This document shows positions 61,222-64,000 of a DNA stretch of 64,000 nt, one piece after another. Source of the DNA: Cyanophora paradoxa CCMP329 (Eukaryota > Plantae > Glaucophyta); contig QPMI01000432.1 in NCBI GenBank assembly GCA_004431415.1, positions 1 to 64,000 of the forward strand, written 5' to 3'. Both the position numbers and the translations under genes were made by a program. The notes under the pieces were generated by a model. The model searched no databases. It was not told the origin of the DNA and worked only from the letters and a program-made list of their open reading frames with translations. Within the stretch, counting starts at the first letter, position 1. Each line of letters begins with the position of its first letter.

Positions 61222-61611
61222 AGGCCTTCCCCAGGCCCGAGCACGCCCATCTTTCGCCTTCCCCGCGGCCGGCGACACGGCAAGAGTCGCCGAAGCGCCC
61301 TCGACAGCGGCGCCTTGCAAGTTTCCCGGCGGCCGCCGATGCGGCGGCGCCTGCTGCCTCGGCGCCGGCCAGCGGGCCAGCAGGCCGCCGTCCATGCGCC
61401 CCGCCCCACCCGAGGGCCCTGCAGCTCTGTTCCCTGCAGCTTTGTGCCCGGGGCTTCGACACGGCCCTCTGCACCCCGGGTTTTTGGCATCGCTTCGCGG
61501 CGCCCTTTCGTCGGCACTCTCTTCGCGTCCCGAGCTCGCCGCGGCGTTTTCCGAATGTCGTAAAAGAAAGCATCTCTGTTGACTGTACACGCGGCCTGCA
61601 TCGCTGGCTGC

Positions 61612-64000
61612 CTATCGCCCGTACGGCTGGTTGGGGGGCATGTTGTACGGCGGGTACGCCCCCGCGGGGGGCTGGCCGTAGTTGTACACCGGGGCCTGGC
61701 CGTAAGGCGGGTAGGGCTGCGGTGCGCCTGCACGCCGGGTCAGGCCTCGATAAGAAAGGTTCTGCGCCGGGCGGCGCACCGTAGGGGCCGGCGGGGGGGT
61801 ACGGGGGAGGGTAAGGCTGCGCCGCCGGGGGGTAGGGGGCGGCCGCGTATGCGGGCTGCGCGCCGTACGGGGGCTGGCCATATGCGCCCGCGTACTGGGG
61901 CGGGACCGGGGGCGGGCCGGCCATGGAGGGGGGCGCGGGCCCCGAGCCGGCGGGGGAGCCGGCGGCGGGGCGGGCGTTGGTCGGGGACGGGGAGGAGGCG
62001 GCGGGGGCGGGGGCGGGGCGGGAGGGGGAGGGCCCGCCGAGGTTGAGGGCGGCGAGGCTGACGCCGAGCTGGGAGGCGTGGTCCTCGAGCTCGAGGCGGC
62101 GGCCCATCGTCCAGTCCTCGACCCGCAGCTTCAGCGTCCGCAGGGCGTCCTGGAAGGCGCTGTAGAACTCGATCCCCTCCTTGTAGTTCCCGTGAATCTC
62201 CCGGTACATCGCCACCGCCCTGTCCATCTCCGCCACCAGCGCCCCCCGCGCCTTCACTGCGCCCCCTCAATCGTGAGCGCGCGATCCTTCGAGGGCGCCG
62301 GGCGGGGCGCGGGCGGAGGCACCGAAGTCGGGGGCGGCGCCCTGGAAGCGGGACCAGGCGCTGTCGATGGCGTCGAGGGCGCGCCGCTGCCGCCCGTAGT
62401 TCTCCTCGAAGCGGCCCCGCAGCGCGTCCAGCGGCCTGAGCGCCGCCTCCACCTGCGGCGACTCGGGGGCCACGCGCGCCGCGTTCTGCAGCGGCCCGGT
62501 GAGCGCGCGCGGCGCTGGAGGGCGGGCGGGGGCGCACGGCGGCGATGCGGAGCTCCTGGATGAGGGCCTCGCGGGCGGCGAGGACGGCGTCGACCTCGCG
62601 GCAGAGCTCGAGCAGGGCCGGCGCCTCGCTCCCGACCGTGCTCCCCGCCTGCAGCTGCAGCTGCGGCGTCATCCTCCGCAGCTCCGCCTGCGCCGAGGTC
62701 AGGGCGGAGGGGCCCGGCGCGGGCGGGCGGGCGGGCGGGGGGGCGCACGTCGGAGCGGGTGAGCTTCTCGAGGAGGTCGCGGTGCGCCTCGAGCTTCTGC
62801 TGGACGACGGCGTCGCTGGTCTTGGCGCGCTGCAGGTTCACGCGGTGCTTGGAGAGCTCCTCCCAGTAGACCTTGGCGAGGGGCCGCGACTGGGGCCGCG
62901 ACCAGCGCGTGCCGGCCTGCCGCCGCGCCGCCCCGTCCGCCGCCTCCTCGTCCTCGAGGGCCTTCTCGATGCCGGCGAACATCGCCTCGTCCTCGCGGCA
63001 GAGCTGGGCGTTCATCGTCTGGAGGTCCAGCAGCTGCAGGTGCGGGTCCTTGCCGGCGTTCGAGCGGATGTCCACGATCGCCGCGTGCAGCGAGTCCGGC
63101 AGCACCGACGCCTCCGGGTCGAAGGGCGAGAGGCTCGAGGGCAGGCCCTTCTCCTCCAGCTTCCTGCGCCGCGGTGCGTCGTCAGGCTCGGGCGCGCGTA
63201 GGGGACACCGATCGATGCGGGCGGGCCCCGCACTTCTTGGCGAGGGTCGTCTGCCGGTCGGCCTCCGCAGTGACCTCGCCCACGAGCCGCTGCACCGCGC
63301 CCTACCCAGGCGTCAGCTTGCCCCGCTCGTTCGCTTTGGGAGGGGAGGTCGCTTCGCTCGGACCTGGAGCTCGCCCTGGGCCTTCTGGACGTGGACGGGC
63401 ACGAGGCGGACCCAGGGGTCGGAGCCCGCGGCGGCCCCGCCGGCGCCGGCGCAGCCTGCCTCCTCGGGCCCCGCCGCCCGGACCATCGGCTTGCGCTCGA
63501 TGGGCGCGAGCTGGGCGGCCTGCGGCACTGGCTCCACGTAGATCGTGTTGTTCTCCCGAGTGGCCGTCTCGAGGGCCCGCGCGATGATCGCGGCGAGCCG
63601 GGAGAGCTCGTCCTGCGCCGCCGCCGAGGCGCCCTTGGAGGCCAGCTTGATGCCCTCCTTGACGAAGTTGGTGGCCTGCTGGAGCCGCGCGACGCCCTCG
63701 CCGAAGCGCTGCGCCTCCTGGCAGGCCAGCGCCTGCCGGTACTGCGCGTCCGCCGCCCACCGCAGCGACTGCACCTGCGCCAGCAGCGGCAGCGGGCTCT
63801 GCGCGCCTCGTCAGACGAGAGGATGGAGAGCGCGGCGGGCGGCCGGCGGGCCTTCTCGAAGCTGGAGGCGAGGGAGGGCAGTGCGAAGGCCATCTGGGCC
63901 TCCTGGAAGTACGTATGCGCTTGCGCGCTCAGCTTCGCGATGATGCTGCCGGGCGGTCAGCGCGGAGGAAAGCGGCGGGGAGGTATCTATGCCACGCACC
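61612..64000 (-). CDS. ALIX/BRO1-family ESCRT adaptor (end of Bro1 domain, V domain, Pro/Tyr-rich tail); 5' part lies outside the window
   Basis: IIAKLSAQAHTYFQEA; RFGEGVARL; ATRENNTIYVEPVP; LVPVHVQKA; NYKEGIEFYSAFQ; YGQPPYG..PPNQPYGR-stop. Confidence 0.9.

Overview
Eukaryotic nuclear DNA from a very GC-rich, intron-dense unicellular flagellate. Introns are mostly about 45-110 nt and many have GC donors; the style is reminiscent of a glaucophyte such as Cyanophora, but the taxon is only a guess. Most ORF-track entries are GC-driven shadow ORFs; the real genes are spliced, and apparent single-base homopolymer indels break frames. Left arm (1-25.6 kb): a polyQ ORF, a divergent N-myristoyltransferase-like gene, an anoctamin/TMEM16, zeta-tubulin, a tandem-duplicated orphan gene with a zeta-tubulin remnant between the copies, a small orphan gene, and UTP10/HEATR1. 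Centre (about 27-49.7 kb): a gene-poor, lower-GC, partly CpG-poor island. It contains L1/Tx1-like non-LTR retrotransposons of three related families that repeatedly insert into each other with readable TSDs, a 2.6-kb duplication with an inverted linker, a minisatellite, and a Helitron2-like element carrying a zinc-finger gene. Right arm (49.8-64 kb): an apparent GT90-(TM-TM)-GT47 glycosyltransferase fusion, a membrane hybrid histidine kinase with two receiver domains, DCTN5, and the 3' part of an ALIX/BRO1 gene. The strongest leads are the self-nesting (Zepp-like) LINE island as a candidate centromeric/heterochromatic locus, the GT90-GT47 fusion, the Helitron2-like gene carrier, and the motif-altered NMT paralog. 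Gene ends marked approximate were set by eye.
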